The position numbers were made by a program, and so were the translations under genes. Shown one piece after another: positions 12,367 through 25,705 of a DNA stretch of 64,000 nt. The DNA lies in NCBI GenBank assembly GCA_951406725.2, contig OX597817.1, forward strand, positions 174,220,001-174,284,000. The letters run 5' to 3'. The notes below the pieces were generated by a model, which was not told where the DNA came from, made no database searches, and saw only the letters and a list, made by a program, of their open reading frames with translations. Position 1 is the first letter of the stretch. Every line of letters begins with the position of its first letter. Origin of the DNA: Octopus vulgaris (taxonomy: Eukaryota).

Positions 12367-15300
12367 ATTATATTCTGTAATGCTAATTAGTCTTAATCTT
12401 TGATTGATGTTTAATGAATCAGCACAATACAAGTTTTTATTGTTATCATACTTATGTGCCTAAATATTGATTGGTATAAAAGAAACTGAATAATGATGAT
12501 AATAGACCTTTATTAATGAATGACTATAATATTATCATTAACACTTGCATGTTTGTGGTACTACTTTGCTAAGTTCTGAGAAGTCATTGTCAAACTGCCA
12601 GACAGTATATTAGAAAACTCACTGTTGCGTCCTTGGCAGTTATTACAGAACATTGGTTGTATTTCTATATTATTAGAGTACAAGGTAATTGCCATGCTGA
12701 CCTACTCAGCAAAACACAGCCTTCTTTATTGGTCTGCCAGACATCTGAGAACGACAGCGATATCGGTTTGTTCGATTATAAAAGTATGACTAACACAGCT
12801 TGGTTAAATATGGAAGAATGTCTGCTAAATAATGATTGTTCCACCTCTCGGTGAACTAACATTGAATGAAGGAGTCTTTATGTTGTTACATGAGTTGCTA
12901 GAATTAGTTGTCAAAACTAATTCTTCAAACTATACTATCATCATCATCATCACTACCACGATTACCATCACCATCATCATCATCATCATTATCATCATCA
13001 TCATTTCACATCCATTTTCCACACTGGCTTGGGTTGGATGGCTTGACAGGAGCTGGTAAGGCCAGGGCCCACATCAGGTTCCATAGTCTGTTTTGGCTTG
13101 ATTTCTACGGCTGGATGCCCTTCCTAATGCCAACCACTTTACAGAGTGTACTGGGTGCTTTTGACATGGCACCTTTACCAGTGTTTTGTTTTATGTGACA
13201 CCAGCACCAATACTTGTCATCTTAAAAATGAATTCATTCGATAATGAAGCCAACAGTATTCTGTCTGACCTCCGCCCTAACAGAAAAAAACCCCCAAAAA
13301 CCAAATTTCATCAAAATAAGATGATCACTACTGATACGCTTTTAATCCCATGTTTTTTTATGATGGTTGATCTGCAGCTAAACAAAAGCTACAACAGTAG
13401 TCAATAGCAGACTGCAAGAGCCAACGAGGCAGCCAAATCTCCATTAAATTACATTCTACTCACTTAGCTGTCTTAATAAAAGGTCACATTGGATAATGTG
13501 GTTCTATTATCAACACCACCTTCACCGCCGCCGCCACCACCAGCACCACCACCACTACCACCACCACCACCATCGTTTTTACCATTCATTTTTCCATGTT
13601 TGCAAGGGTCAGGTGGAATTTGATGATGCAGATTTTTCTATGACTGGATGCCCCTCATGTTGCCAACCCTTATTTGTTTCCAACCAAGGTAATATTTTCC
13701 AATGACCAGATATGTTTTTATGGAAGAATAGAAATGAAAGACACCACTTTCATGATGAGGTCACTCGTTTACACAACTATTGCATGATATCAAAGTAAGG
13801 AGACAGTAACATCCACTCACACACACACACACATACACACATACACTCTCATGTGCACAGAATGGGCTTCTCTCTATTTCTTTCTGCTAAGTCCACTCAT
13901 TGTGATTTGGTTGACCTGCAACTATGGCAGAAGACACTTGCCCAAGGTGCCATGCAGTAGAACTGAATTTGAAATGGGTGGCATGTAAAAAGCACCCACT
14001 ACACTCTTGGAGGGCCTCCAGCCGTAGAAATCATTCCAAATCAGATTGGAATTTGGTGCAGCTCCCCAGCTTACCAGTTTTCAGTCAAACCTATTTCTTT
14101 ACTACCCACAAGGGGCTAAACACAGAGGGGACGAACAAAGACAGATAAACGGATTAAGTCGATTATATCGACCCCAGTGCGTAACTGGTACTTATTTAAT
14201 CGACCTCAAACAGATAAAAGGCAAAGTCAATCTCAGCGGAATTTGAACTCAGAACATAACCGCAGATGAAATACCGCTAAGCATTTTGCCCGGCGTGCTA
14301 ACGTTTCTGCCAGCTCACCATACAATCTATGCCAGCACGAAAAACGGATGTTAAATGATGATGATGATGATGATGATGATGTGGTTGGGAAGCAAACACA
14401 GCCATGCTTCTGCTTATTCCGGATATACAGACTTATTCCTAAGTTACTTGCTAATCCACAATCTTTGTAAATGTTGCTGCTAAATATTTAACAGGACTGT
14501 GAAGCATTGGTTATATTTTTAGAACAGTGGTGCAGCAGAATTTTCTATATATAGCAACATGGTGCAGCAGACATTGTGATGCTTAGAACATTGGTTATGC
14601 CATTGTTCTTTGGTATTGGAGAGGACAACATAACAAACGTTGCTACTTTTATTTTTAGCACTCATTCTCTTCCTAATTTAATACAGTTCAACAGACAGAC
14701 ACTTAACAGCACCAGTCTCAAAGACTGTGGATTAGTTCGTTACTTTGGAGAATTTATCAAGTTTGTTCAAAAGCCATTGTGATATTTAGACAAAGTAATA
14801 CAAAGCAACAGTTATTGTGATCACTTTTGTTATCATTTAACCCTAGGTTGACCTTGATGAAGACAGATCTATGGACTATGGTTTTCCATCCTATTTTTTA
14901 ATACATTATATCTGGAACTACAACATCCAATGTCCTTCTTTTGTATTGAGACAGTAGAGTGTGATTTAAAGGAGATTTCTACTAAAAAGTATTGAGTAAT
15001 GATTCAATTTAATATTTGTTTTTATATAAAACTTGACATTAAAACATTTATATCACCACCAACACCATCATCATCATCATCATCATTTAATGTCCATTTC
15101 CTTTGCTGGCATAGGTTGGATGGCTTGATAAGAGCTGGCAAACCAGAGGACTGCACTAGGCTCCACTGTCTGTTTTGGCATGGTTTTTATGGCTAGACCC
15201 TCTTCCTGATGCCATCCACTTCACAGATTGGACTGAGTGCTTTTCAAATGGCACCAGCACCAGACTCCAGTCTGTTTTGGCATGGTTTTTACAGCCGAAT

Positions 15301-16796
15301 GCCCCTCCTAACACTAAACACTTTACAGATTGGACTGGGTGCCTTTCCCGTGGCACTAGCACTGATATATAATAATATTAATCAGACTATCAGATGTTGT
15401 TATACATCACTGGTCACAGTGTGCTTTACATTGTTTTATCTTTGAAATAATACAACCCTACTGGCTAGGTGAGCCAGCCAACATTCTCCTTGATCAGAAG
15501 AATATTCCATCACAGGGTTTTCTTTTTGGAGTTGAATGGACTGAGCAACATGAAATAAAGTGTTTTCCTCAAGAACACAATGTACTACCCAGTCTGGGAA
15601 TGAAACCCATAATCTAGCAATCGTGAGTGCAATACCCTAACAACTAGGCCACTCATTTTGAATATAATGATCTATATATTATTATATTCAAAACAATATG
15701 ATTTAACCCCAAATGACTGAAATTTTCATAGGCTTCTTACAGAAACCTATATATTGATATGATAATTAGAAGTACTTAATACACGTCATAGAGTATAGTG
15801 TAATTATTTTATTCAACTGAAGCCCTAGAGCTGTTACTCATGAGTTTCTGTGTGCAAGAATGCTTTGCAAGATGGCAGCTATAAGGGTAGGTGCCATCTA
15901 ACAAAAGCATTTATGCTTTGTTAGATGACAGCTACCATCAGAGCTGCTGTCTTACAAAGCATTCTTTGTAAGGAAACACATGAGTAATGGTTTTATAATT
16001 TCAACCAATGTTTGTGTGTGTGTGTGTGTGTGTATATTGTCGTTGTTTAACCCTAGGTAAGCCTGAACTGAGCAGACCAGTGGTGAAAGGTATTTCAACC
16101 ACAGCCATATCATTCTTCTTTTAGGTGTTACATCTCCTAGCACCACATTATCTAATGTGTCTTCAGCTTTTCAAAGTGGTAAAGTATAATTTGAAATCTG
16201 GCTACTGTCTCTAGCAAGTCAAGCAACCATGGAAGGGCTCCTAAGTGACTAGGGCTATTAAATCCATACCTAAATGTTGTGTATGGCCCAACTACATTTG
16301 TCATCCTTTATGAGGTGAATGAACAAGTGTTAATGTGTCTTGTTAGAACTGGGATTAAGTGATGGATGATACAAACTGTTTCTGTGAAGCAGAATTTGCT
16401 CCTTGGGGGTCCAAACTCTGCCTAAAATTGACTGAGCTGTATTTTATTTTTTTCTTATGAACTTCAATTTCCTCTTTTCTTTATTTATGTGAAGATCTCG
16501 ATATTTTATTAGAATTTCTTGTTTTTTGTATCATTGTTAAAACAATAGATTGACTGAATCTGATCACTTGTTAGACTAGATACCATGTGGTATTTACTTC
16601 TACTTCTCAACATGGTGAGATCAAATTCCACTCAGTCAACTTTAGTTTTGATTTTTCATTTTTCTTTTACTTTTTGTTTTGTTTTTATTTTTTTTTGGCA
16701 AATGGTAAAGTAAATTCAGATTCAATTGACTGTTTGTGTTCTTCCATGTGAGTTCATAAATTCGTACCATTCCTTATTGTCATTGTCTCTTTCCAG

Positions 16797-16969
16797 TTCT
16801 GACCAAGACCACACTGTAGAAGGTGTCATAACGACTATTGCAAAAGCAATGAAAGGTGACTTTTCACGTGTGAAACGGGAATATGCTGCCGAACTGGTTG
16901 AAGAGAATTATGACAAAATAGTTAGCTTGCCAAACGTTTATTCCTTGATATTGCTTTATAAAAACAATG
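16797..16969 (+). CDS. Internal exon of the same PDI-like gene: (I)SDQDHTVEGVITTIAKAMKGDFSRVKREYAAELVEENYDKIVSLPNVYSLILLYKNN
   Basis: TTTCCAG acceptor and G/GTAAAT donor; phase 2 start, phase 1 end. ELVEENYDKIV resembles the ELTxxNFDxxV start of a thioredoxin domain. Confidence 0.9.
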
Positions 16970-17774
16970 GTAAATCAATTTTTCATTTGATATTTTATTA
17001 TTATTATACACTGATATTGTCAGACCAGTGTCTTCTTCTTGGTTGCTATAGTTACAATATTTCAGCCATTATACACTCTGGTCTCCAATAGCAGGATTAT
17101 TTAAGAAATTAAAATTGTGATATGCCAGGTTAAAATAGTTCATTATCTTTGGCCTATAGCATTTTATTTCTCAGCTATTTTATGAATTCTTTTGTCTTGT
17201 GAGGAATCCACAAATAAAGTGAAAAATTATCAAGAATAGCTATGCTACCATATTGAATTTTCAAACAGACAATGAAATCTCTACATAGTTGTTGGATCTG
17301 CTTTATATAAATGCCTAATTTTACTCTTATCACACCCTATCACCCTAAGGAAAAGAGGGCATTAGGTAATGTAGTCCTGGATACATTAGGACTACATTGT
17401 AGTGTAAAAAGGTGGGCTGATCATAGCTGAAATGGGGTTATGGCATCAAGGGAGTGCATATATTAATGTCTTATGTTATTACAAAATGTCTAGGGATTTT
17501 AATATTTCATAATAAATTTGCATGGTGAGTTGGCAGAATCATTAGCACGCCAGGCAAAATGTTGAGCAGCATTTTGTCTGTCTTTACATTCTGAGTTCAA
17601 ATTCCACTGAGGTTGACTTTGCCTTTCATCTTTTTTAATGTCAATAAAACTAGTACCAGTTCAACACTGGGGATTGCTGTAATTGACTTGTTCCATCCCC
17701 CAAATTGCTAGTCTTTTGCCAAAATTTGAAAATAATATTTCATAATAAACTAATGAGTCTTTAATTGGTTTCAG

Positions 17775-17836
17775 AGGCTAAAGAAGACATTGCAGTCTTT
17801 GAGAAAATTGCTGCCAGTTTCCGGAATGATTTTAAT
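17775..17836 (+). CDS. Internal exon of the PDI-like gene: (E)AKEDIAVFEKIAASFRNDFN
   Basis: TTTCAG acceptor and GTAAGT donor. The phase 1 start completes a GAG codon; phase 0 end. FEKIAASFRND resembles PDI helix 2 (YEKVAxAFKNE). Confidence 0.9.
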
Positions 17837-18007
17837 GTAAGTTTTATTTATTTATTTTTTGTTTCTTCCAGCATGTCATCTCTGTTGCACATTGGAGCTG
17901 GTTCTTATATCCAAATTGGGAGAGCCTTCAAAGGACATAGATGGAGAGAATTTTTGTTTCCTTTAGTATTGTTAAAAAGTTCGGTAGAAAGGGAAAATTT
18001 ATGGATC

Positions 18008-18402
18008 ACTCTTTACTCTTTTACTTGTTTCAGTCATTTGACTGCGGCCATGGTAGAGCACCGCCTTTAGTCGAGCAACAAATCAACCTCAGGACTTATT
18101 CTTTGTAAGCCTAGTACTTATTCTATCAGTCTCTTTTGTTGAACTGCTAAGTGGCGGGGACGTAAACACACCAGCATCGGTTGTCAAGCGATGTTGGGGT
18201 GGGGTGGGGGACAAACACAGACACACAAACACATATATATATACATATATACAATGGGCTTCTTTCAGTTTCCAGCTACCAAATCCACTCACAAGGCTTT
18301 GGTTGGCCCGAGGCTATAGTAGAAGACACTTGCCTGAGGTACCACGCAGTGGGACTGAACCTGGAACCATGTGGTTGGTAAGCAAGCTACTTACCACACA
18401 GC
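18008..18402 (-). mobile_element. Family-B tRNA-type SINE
   Basis: Reverse complement of the copy at 50852-51260. Confidence 0.8.
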
Positions 18403-19374
18403 CAAATAAAAATGTTTGCAGGTATTTTGAAAATACCTCATGGAGTGATGACTGTTTCCTGCATAGTTCCAAGCTGCTCTTTGCAAGGCATAACACCTGT
18501 TCAACCATCCTGTGAGGGACACAGCAAAGTCATGAGACCGCAGTATGGCGGATTGGGAAGAGGCAACAGAAGAACTCACTTGAGTCAATTGTGCTTCTTA
18601 CATTGATGCTGACTAGAGGAATCCTTGAAGACCAATTGTCAGGATCACCAAGTTCTATCAAGGGAGTTACTGCAATGCATCCAAGATGCTTAATCAACTA
18701 ATGGATGGCGACAGAGAGTCATGGAATTGCATGCAAGTAGCATAACCAAATGATGATGAATAAAAATTTTGTAGCATCAGTAGTACCCAAAATAAGCATT
18801 TAGTTTTATCCCGGTCATTACAGCAAAAATCTATATATTGAACTGAACGCGTATTCATTGAGAAGGAAATTCATTCACCCAAGAAACAATACTGATTAGT
18901 CTTTGTAATGAGTTTGATGAATGTGTACTCATAAACCGTTTTATTACTTGACGTTAGATTTCCTCATAAACATACCCAAATTACTTGAATCTATTGGTTA
19001 GAGTTACCCCTTAGTGACCTGTAATTTGGAAACATGAAATCTTGATTGGTCTGTGTGAAGTCATTGTTTTCTTTCTCTTATCTCTCTATATAATCTGTGT
19101 CTGTTAGTAATATAATATTTCCACAATACAATAAACATAATTTGAATTACTCTGAAATTTTAACATCTTTAGATTTGTTAATTAAAATTTTTACCAGCTT
19201 TTCCTCATAGCTCAACATTTTGAGGACCATATATTGCACTTCAGGTTTGTATTATCCTCTTCTGAAGTTATAATCTGCAAGTCTGCACTCAGTATTTATG
19301 ATGATGTCTAAAATGGCTTGTCCAGTCTAACTATATGTTTACACCTTCTTTTCAAAAGTAATTGAAACTCAGCA

Positions 19375-20082
19375 CCATACGGCAGTGAAACATGGGCTGA
19401 GGATATATGTAGGGTGTAAAGTTGGGCATAAGAGGCATTGGGTGTAGTGTGAAAAAGAGATGACTGTCCTGGTATGGTCATGCGATGCACATGGACAAGG
19501 ACAGCTGTGCAAAGAAGTGCTAATTTCTAACTGTTGAAGGAACCTGTGGTAGAGGTAGACCCAGGAAGACATAGGAGGAGGTGGTGAAGCATGATCTTTG
19601 AACTTTGGATCTCACAGATGCAATGGCTAGTGATATGCAGTGATATGCAGTGTTTGAGAAGACCTGTTAAGCCTAGTGAAATTATTGTCATGGCCAATGC
19701 TGGTGTCATGTAAGAGGTATGTAAACAAAAACCTTTTAAGCATTGGGCCTCACATAGGCAAAGTGGCTGATGCTGGAGGCATATGAAAAACTCCATGTTA
19801 GGGCCTCATGGAGGCAATGATGAATGGCTGAGACCTTAGCATTACGTTATGCTTGAGAAGAAGACCTATCAAGCCAGTAAAATTGCAGTTGTGGCAGATA
19901 CTGGTGTCACATAAATGACATGTAAAAGCACTCATAACACCTTTGGAGTGGTTGATGTTAGGAAGGGCACCCAGCTGTAGACACCATGCCAAATCAGACT
20001 GGAGTCTGGTGCAGCCTCCCAGCTTGCCAGCCCTGGTCAAACCGTCCATCCCATGCCAGCATGGACAATGGATGTTAAATGA
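19375..20082 (+). mobile_element. Decayed RTE LINE 3' fragment
   Basis: GGCAGTGAAACATGGGC, GAGGTAGACCCAGGAAGAC and the 3' UTR are shared with 9558-11135. Confidence 0.85.
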
Positions 20083-20111
20083 TTCTTCTTCTTCTTCTTC
20101 TTCTTCTTCTT

Positions 20112-20142
<31 letters not shown>

Positions 20143-20161
20143 AACAACAACAACAACAACA

Positions 20162-20192
<31 letters not shown>

Positions 20193-20935
20193 CTTCTTCT
20201 TCTTCTTCTCCTTCTCCTTTTTCTCCTTCTTCTCCTTCTTCTTCTCTTTTCTTCTTCTTCTTCTTCTTCTTCTTCTTCTTCTTCTTCTTCTTCTCCTTCT
20301 TCTTCTCCTTCTTCTCCTTCTTCTTCTCCTTCTTCTCCTCCTCCTCCTCCTCCTCCCCTTCTTCTTCTTCTTCTTCTTCTTCTTCTTCTTCTTCTTCTTC
20401 TTCTTCTTCTTCTTCTCCTTCTTCTTCTTCTTCTTCTTCTTCTTCTTCTTCTTCTTCTCCTTCTTCTCCTCCTTCTTCTTCTTCTTCTTCTTCTCCTTCT
20501 TCTCCTCCTTCTTCTTCTTCTTCTTCTTCTTCTTCTTCTTCTTCTTCTTCTTCTTCTTCTTCTTCTTCTTCTTCTTCTTCTTCTTCTTCTTCTCCTTCTC
20601 CTCCTCCTTCTTCTTCTTCTCCTTCTTCTCCTTCTTCTCCTCCTCCTCCTCCTCCTCCTCCTCCTCCTCCCCTCCTCCCCCTCCTCCTCCTCCCCCTCCC
20701 CCTCCCCCTCCTTCTTCTTCTTCTTCTTCTTCTTCTTCTCCTTCTCCTCCTCCTTCTTCTTCTTCTCCTTCTTCTCCTTCTTCTCCTCCTCCTCCTCCTC
20801 CTCCATCTCCCCTCCTCCCCTCCTCCTCCTCCTCCTCCCCTCCTCCCCCTCCTCCCCCTCCCCTCCTCCTTCTTCTTCTTCTTCTTCTTCTTCTTCTTCT
20901 TCTTCTTCTTCTTCTTCTTCTTCTTCTTCTTCTTG
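20083..20935 (+). repeat. About 850-bp compound triplet tract (TTC)/(CTA)/(CAA)/(TTC/CTC)
   Basis: Direct reading; essentially pure pyrimidine from about 20163. Confidence 0.98.
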
Positions 20936-21419
20936 TCATTTCTGTAATCTGTGTCTGTTAGTAGTGTAATATTTTCACAATACAATAAACATAATTAAAT
21001 TACTCTGAAATTTTAACATCTTTAGATTTGTTAATTAAAATTTTTACCAGCTTTTCCTCATAGCTCAACATTTTGAGGACCATATATTGCACTTCAGGTT
21101 TGTATTATCCTCTTCTTAAGTTATAATCTGCAAGTCTGCACACAGTATTTATGATGACATCTAAAATGGCTTGTCCAGTCTAACTATGCCCTGACTAAAA
21201 TTATTGATTTTGTCTGAAACCATCCTTACTTCTGTGATACAAATTCTGTTCTAAAATGATCTAAATTAAAACTTCCCATCAAAATTCCATGTTAATTTAT
21301 GTCTTAAACACAGCTTAATAATGACAAAGTTATTTTACTAAATATTATATTACTTTCAAAATTAACTGAAATGAAGGCAGTCCATGCTGACAGAAATATG
21401 GTAACAAAAGGGTTAACAT

Positions 21420-21562
21420 ATCTATTATATAAAATCCGTTCTCTGTCTGTGTGTGTGTGTGTCTTCTAGGATCTTGGGCATCCTCCATCCGATTGCACTC
21501 AAATTTGATATGTAGATATCGATGGTATCAGGGCGTGTATAAGTCTTAAAAAAATTACAAAA
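21420..21562 (+). mobile_element. Probable non-autonomous Helitron 5' fragment
   Basis: A/TCTATTATATAAAA start followed by a TG microsatellite and CATCCGATTGCACTCAAATTTG. Confidence 0.5.
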
Positions 21563-22214
21563 GTATCCATCATTGAGCACTATATACCATAAGTTCATTG
21601 AGTTGGCAAAATCGATAGCATGTTGAACAAAATGCTTAGCAGCATTTCTTGCAGCTCTTTATGTTCTGGGTTCAAATTCTGCCAAAACTGACTCTGACAA
21701 GTTGTTTTGAGAAAATTTGGTTTAAATGTTTGACAACTCAGCACTGTCCATTATACGGGGGTGGGGTGGTCTGTGTCAAAATTTTAAGCTATTATTTTTA
21801 TTATTGTTATTCTTTTTAACCTCAAAATATGAAGATTGATTTAAGTATGGTCCTGGCTGAATTGTATTACTTAGTTTTGCTTTTATTGAACAGCATTTCC
21901 TTACTAATTCCATCATTTTCATGATCTAATACTTTCCTGATTATTCTGGCCATGCCAAAGAGGCAAACTTTTTGTAACAGCTCTACTGGGCATTATTATT
22001 ATTATGAAGGTGGTGAGCTGGCAGAATCGTTAGCACATCGGGTAAAATGTTTAGCAGTATTTCGCCTGTCTTTACGTTCTGAGTTCAAATTCCGCCAAGG
22101 TCGACTTTGCCTTTCACCCTTTTAGGGTGAATAGATTAAGTACCATTTGGGCACTGAAGTTGATGTAATTGATTTACACCCCTCCCCCAAAATTGCTGGC
22201 TCTGTGTCAAAATT

Positions 22215-22410
22215 TTAAGCTATTATTTTTATTATTGTTATTCTTTTTAACTTGGGTTTTGTTGGAGCTCCTGAGTCTTGCATGCATAGCGGGCTTGCTA
22301 CTTGCAACCTATGGTACCATGCCATCCGTTTTTTTTCAACTATCTAATACTTTCCTGATTATTCTGGCCGTGCCAAAGAGGCAAACTTTTTGTAACAGCT
22401 CTACTGGGCA
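22215..22410 (-). mobile_element. 3' end of an RLE-type (R4/Dong-like) non-LTR retrotransposon with (AAT)n tail; partly duplicated at about 21924-21992
   Basis: The minus strand reads CPVELLQKVCLFGTARIIRKVLD (LQKxxLLGTAxIxRKVL terminus), then a short UTR and AAT repeats. Confidence 0.7.
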
Positions 22411-24488
22411 TTATTATTATTATCAAGGTGGTGAGCTGGCAGAATCGTTAGCACATCGGGTAAAATGTTTAGCAGTATTTCGCCTGTCTTTACGTTCTGA
22501 GTTCAAATTCCGCCAAGGTCGACTTTGCCTTTCACCCTTTTAGGGTGAAAAGATTAAGAACCAGTCAAGTACTGAGGTCGATGTGTTCGACTTATCTCCT
22601 CGCCACAAATTTCAGGCCTTGTGCATATAGTAGAAAGGATTATTATTTTATGTATATATATATAAATAAAAATATATATATTACAGACATTAAAAGAGAA
22701 CATTTTTTAAAATGTTGTCAGCGTGGCATCTGTTCAAGGGAATTAACTCTATTTATATAATGGGAGTTGTCTACCGTTGATCTCTTTTCACGCTATCTGA
22801 ATTGTTAACTCTTGTCTTGCTGCAGTCTTATGGTTTCGTCCATCTGTGTGTGCGTGTGCGCGCGTTCTTCTAGAATTCCGCCGCTGCTTAACATAATTTT
22901 CGAATGTTATCCGTCTTTTAGTTTGCATTACTTTATTTATTAATTTTATTTGTTGCTTAGCACCAAATTATTTCTAGTTCTACATAGCCAATGGTCAATG
23001 ACATTCCAAACTTGACTTTTTTTATTCTATTCTTTTACTCACTTGTTTCAGTCATTTGACTGCGGCCATGCTGGAGCACCGCCTTAAAGGGTTTTATAGT
23101 CGAAGAAACTGACTCCAGGACTTATTCTTTGTAAGCCTAGTACTTATTCTATTGGTCTGGTTTGCCGAACTGCTAAGTTACGGGGATGTAAGCACACCAA
23201 CATCGGTTGTTAAACGATGGTGGGGAACAAATACAGATACAAAGACACACACACATAAATATATACATGTTCATGTATGTGTGTGTGTGTGTATATATAT
23301 ATATACACACACAATGGACTTCTTTTAGTTTTTATCTCCCAAAGCCACTCACAAAGCTTTGGTTGGCCTGAGGCTATAAACTTGCCCAAGGTTTCATGCA
23401 GTAGCACTGAACCCTGACCTATATGGTGGGGAAGCAAGCTTCTTTCCGTTTCCTTTATGCCTACGATTTCATTATCAAATGTGGTCTTTTTTCTTTATTA
23501 GAGAGTAGGATGTATGAAGGAGGAGATTTAGCTGCTATTTCTACCAGATTGAGCAACTGCATAGAGGCTTCCCTTGTCAAGTTGATTTTCTCCTGTGCAT
23601 GTGTGTATGTGTGTGTGTGTCTAGCTTATGTGAATTTTAATTCCATCTCCATAATGTAAGATTGATATTTGAGATAGTTGGGGGGTGGGGGTGTTGGGAG
23701 TGGGGGGGGCAATATCAAGTGAAAGGCGACCAAAAACGAAATAAGTAAAAGAAAGCTGTCTGTTGTAAATTGCAATTACGAGTTCTTCATTAACTCCTGT
23801 CTATTGTACTTGATGAAAGGCAGTTGTTGCAGCTGAGTGACATTCCATTGCATACGATGCAGTGTAAAATTTCACTGCAGAGAATAACACTGCAGTTGCA
23901 CATATATGAGCATGTCTTTGTCTTCCTTGCGTTAAGATTCTTTCTTTTTTTTTATCTTTTTCTTTTTTTCTTATTTGCAATAAACTTATTCTTTTCTACC
24001 TGTCAATGATTGGATAGAGCTAATGATAAAAAACAAAATTACTTAGAACAAAAAACAGAAAAAAAAAGAATTTGATTTAAGTTCTTATATAATAGGCACA
24101 GGCTGCTTCTCAACCACATGGATCTGGGTTCATTCCCACTGTGTGGCACCTTGGTCAAGTGTCTTCTTCTATAGCACCAGGTCAACCAAAGCCTTGTAAG
24201 TGGATTTGGCAGATGGAAACTGAGGCAGCAAGCTGGCAGAAACGTTAGCACACCGGGTGAAATGCTTAGCAGTATTTTGTCTGCCGTTATGTTCTGAGTT
24301 TAAATTCTGCCGAGGTCGACTTTGCCTTTCATCCTTTTGGGGTCGATAAATTAAGTACCAGTTATGCATTGGAGTTGATGTAATCGACTGAATCCCTTTG
24401 TCTGTCCTTGTTTGTCCCCTCTATGTTTAGCCCCTTAAGGGCAATAAAGAGATAGGAAACTGAAAGAAGCTCATCATCATATATATAT

Positions 24489-24861
24489 ATTGGGTGGGCC
24501 AAAAATCATGCACAAATTAAGTTTAATATTCTCTGAAAATGTCAAAAACGTGTTTCAATTTTTCTAAAATTGAATGAAAAAATTAAATAATACAGCTACT
24601 TGTATAAGATGAACAACATAATAATAATAATAATGATAATAATAATCCTTTCTGTTGCGGGCACAATGGCTGAAATTTTGGGGGAGGAGACTAGTTGATT
24701 ACGTCAACCCTAGTGTTTCACTGGTACTTAATTTATAGACCCTGAAAGGATGAAAGGCAAAGTCGACCTCAGCAGAATTCAAACTTAGAATGTAGCGATG
24801 GGTGAAATACTGCCAAGCATTTCATCCAGCGTGCTAACGACTCTGCCAGCTTGCTGCCTTG

Positions 24862-24916
<55 letters not shown>

Positions 24917-24975
24917 TGTAATGTAAATGCAATGTCAAATGCTTTGATGTGTGACTTTTGGCCCAGTCTCTATAT
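24489..24975. mobile_element. Tc1/mariner-like MITE interrupted by a family-A SINE in a (TAA)n tract
   Basis: Imperfect TIRs TGGGCCAAAAATCATGCACA ... TGTGTGACTTTTGGCCCA near TA tracts. Confidence 0.5.
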
Positions 24976-25660
24976 ATTGTGTGTCTGTGTGTTTGCATTT
25001 GTTCTCTACCACCACTCGATAACTTGTGTTGGTTTGTTTACACCCGCATAACCTAGTGGTTTGGTATGTGAGACCAAATAGAATAAATACCAGGCTTAAA
25101 AGTATAAGTAGTGGGGCCAATTCATTCACTTAAAACCCTTCAAGGTGGTGCTCCAGCATGGCTGTAGTCCTATGACAAACAAGTAAAAAAACAAATGATA
25201 AAAGGTAAATTTATGGACAGGTCTTCTGTGTTGGAAACTGTTTGAATAGATTTGATTTCCAGTAAACACACAACAGAATTTGTAAAACTCCTTCAACCTT
25301 CAGCCATTCTGTGCTGGGAACCAAATATTCACGATGGCCACACTTTTGGCAGAATTCTACAATATTTCTGGCTATTTCATATTTTCCATTCCTCTCTTTA
25401 AACATCTACTAATATTGTTTTTAAAACATTCAATGTTTGCTTTATCTTTTTATCTTTTATTTTTTTTTATTTGTTTCAATCATTAGACTGTGGCCATGCT
25501 GGAGCAATGCCTTGAAGAATTTTAGTCAAACAAATTGACCCCAGTACCTTTTTTTTATTTTTAAAACCTGATATTTATTCTATTGGCCTCTTTTGCCTTT
25601 TGCTGAACTGCTAAGTTACAGGAATGTAAGCAGTGGTGGAAAACAAACACAGACACACAC

Positions 25661-25705
<45 letters not shown>

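Noticed and set aside
18410-18720. Possible decayed RTE-X-like C-terminus
   Set aside because: Motifs too eroded to support.
19798-20985. Poly-E/K/R/S/L ORFs
   Set aside because: Translations of triplet microsatellites, open in most frames.
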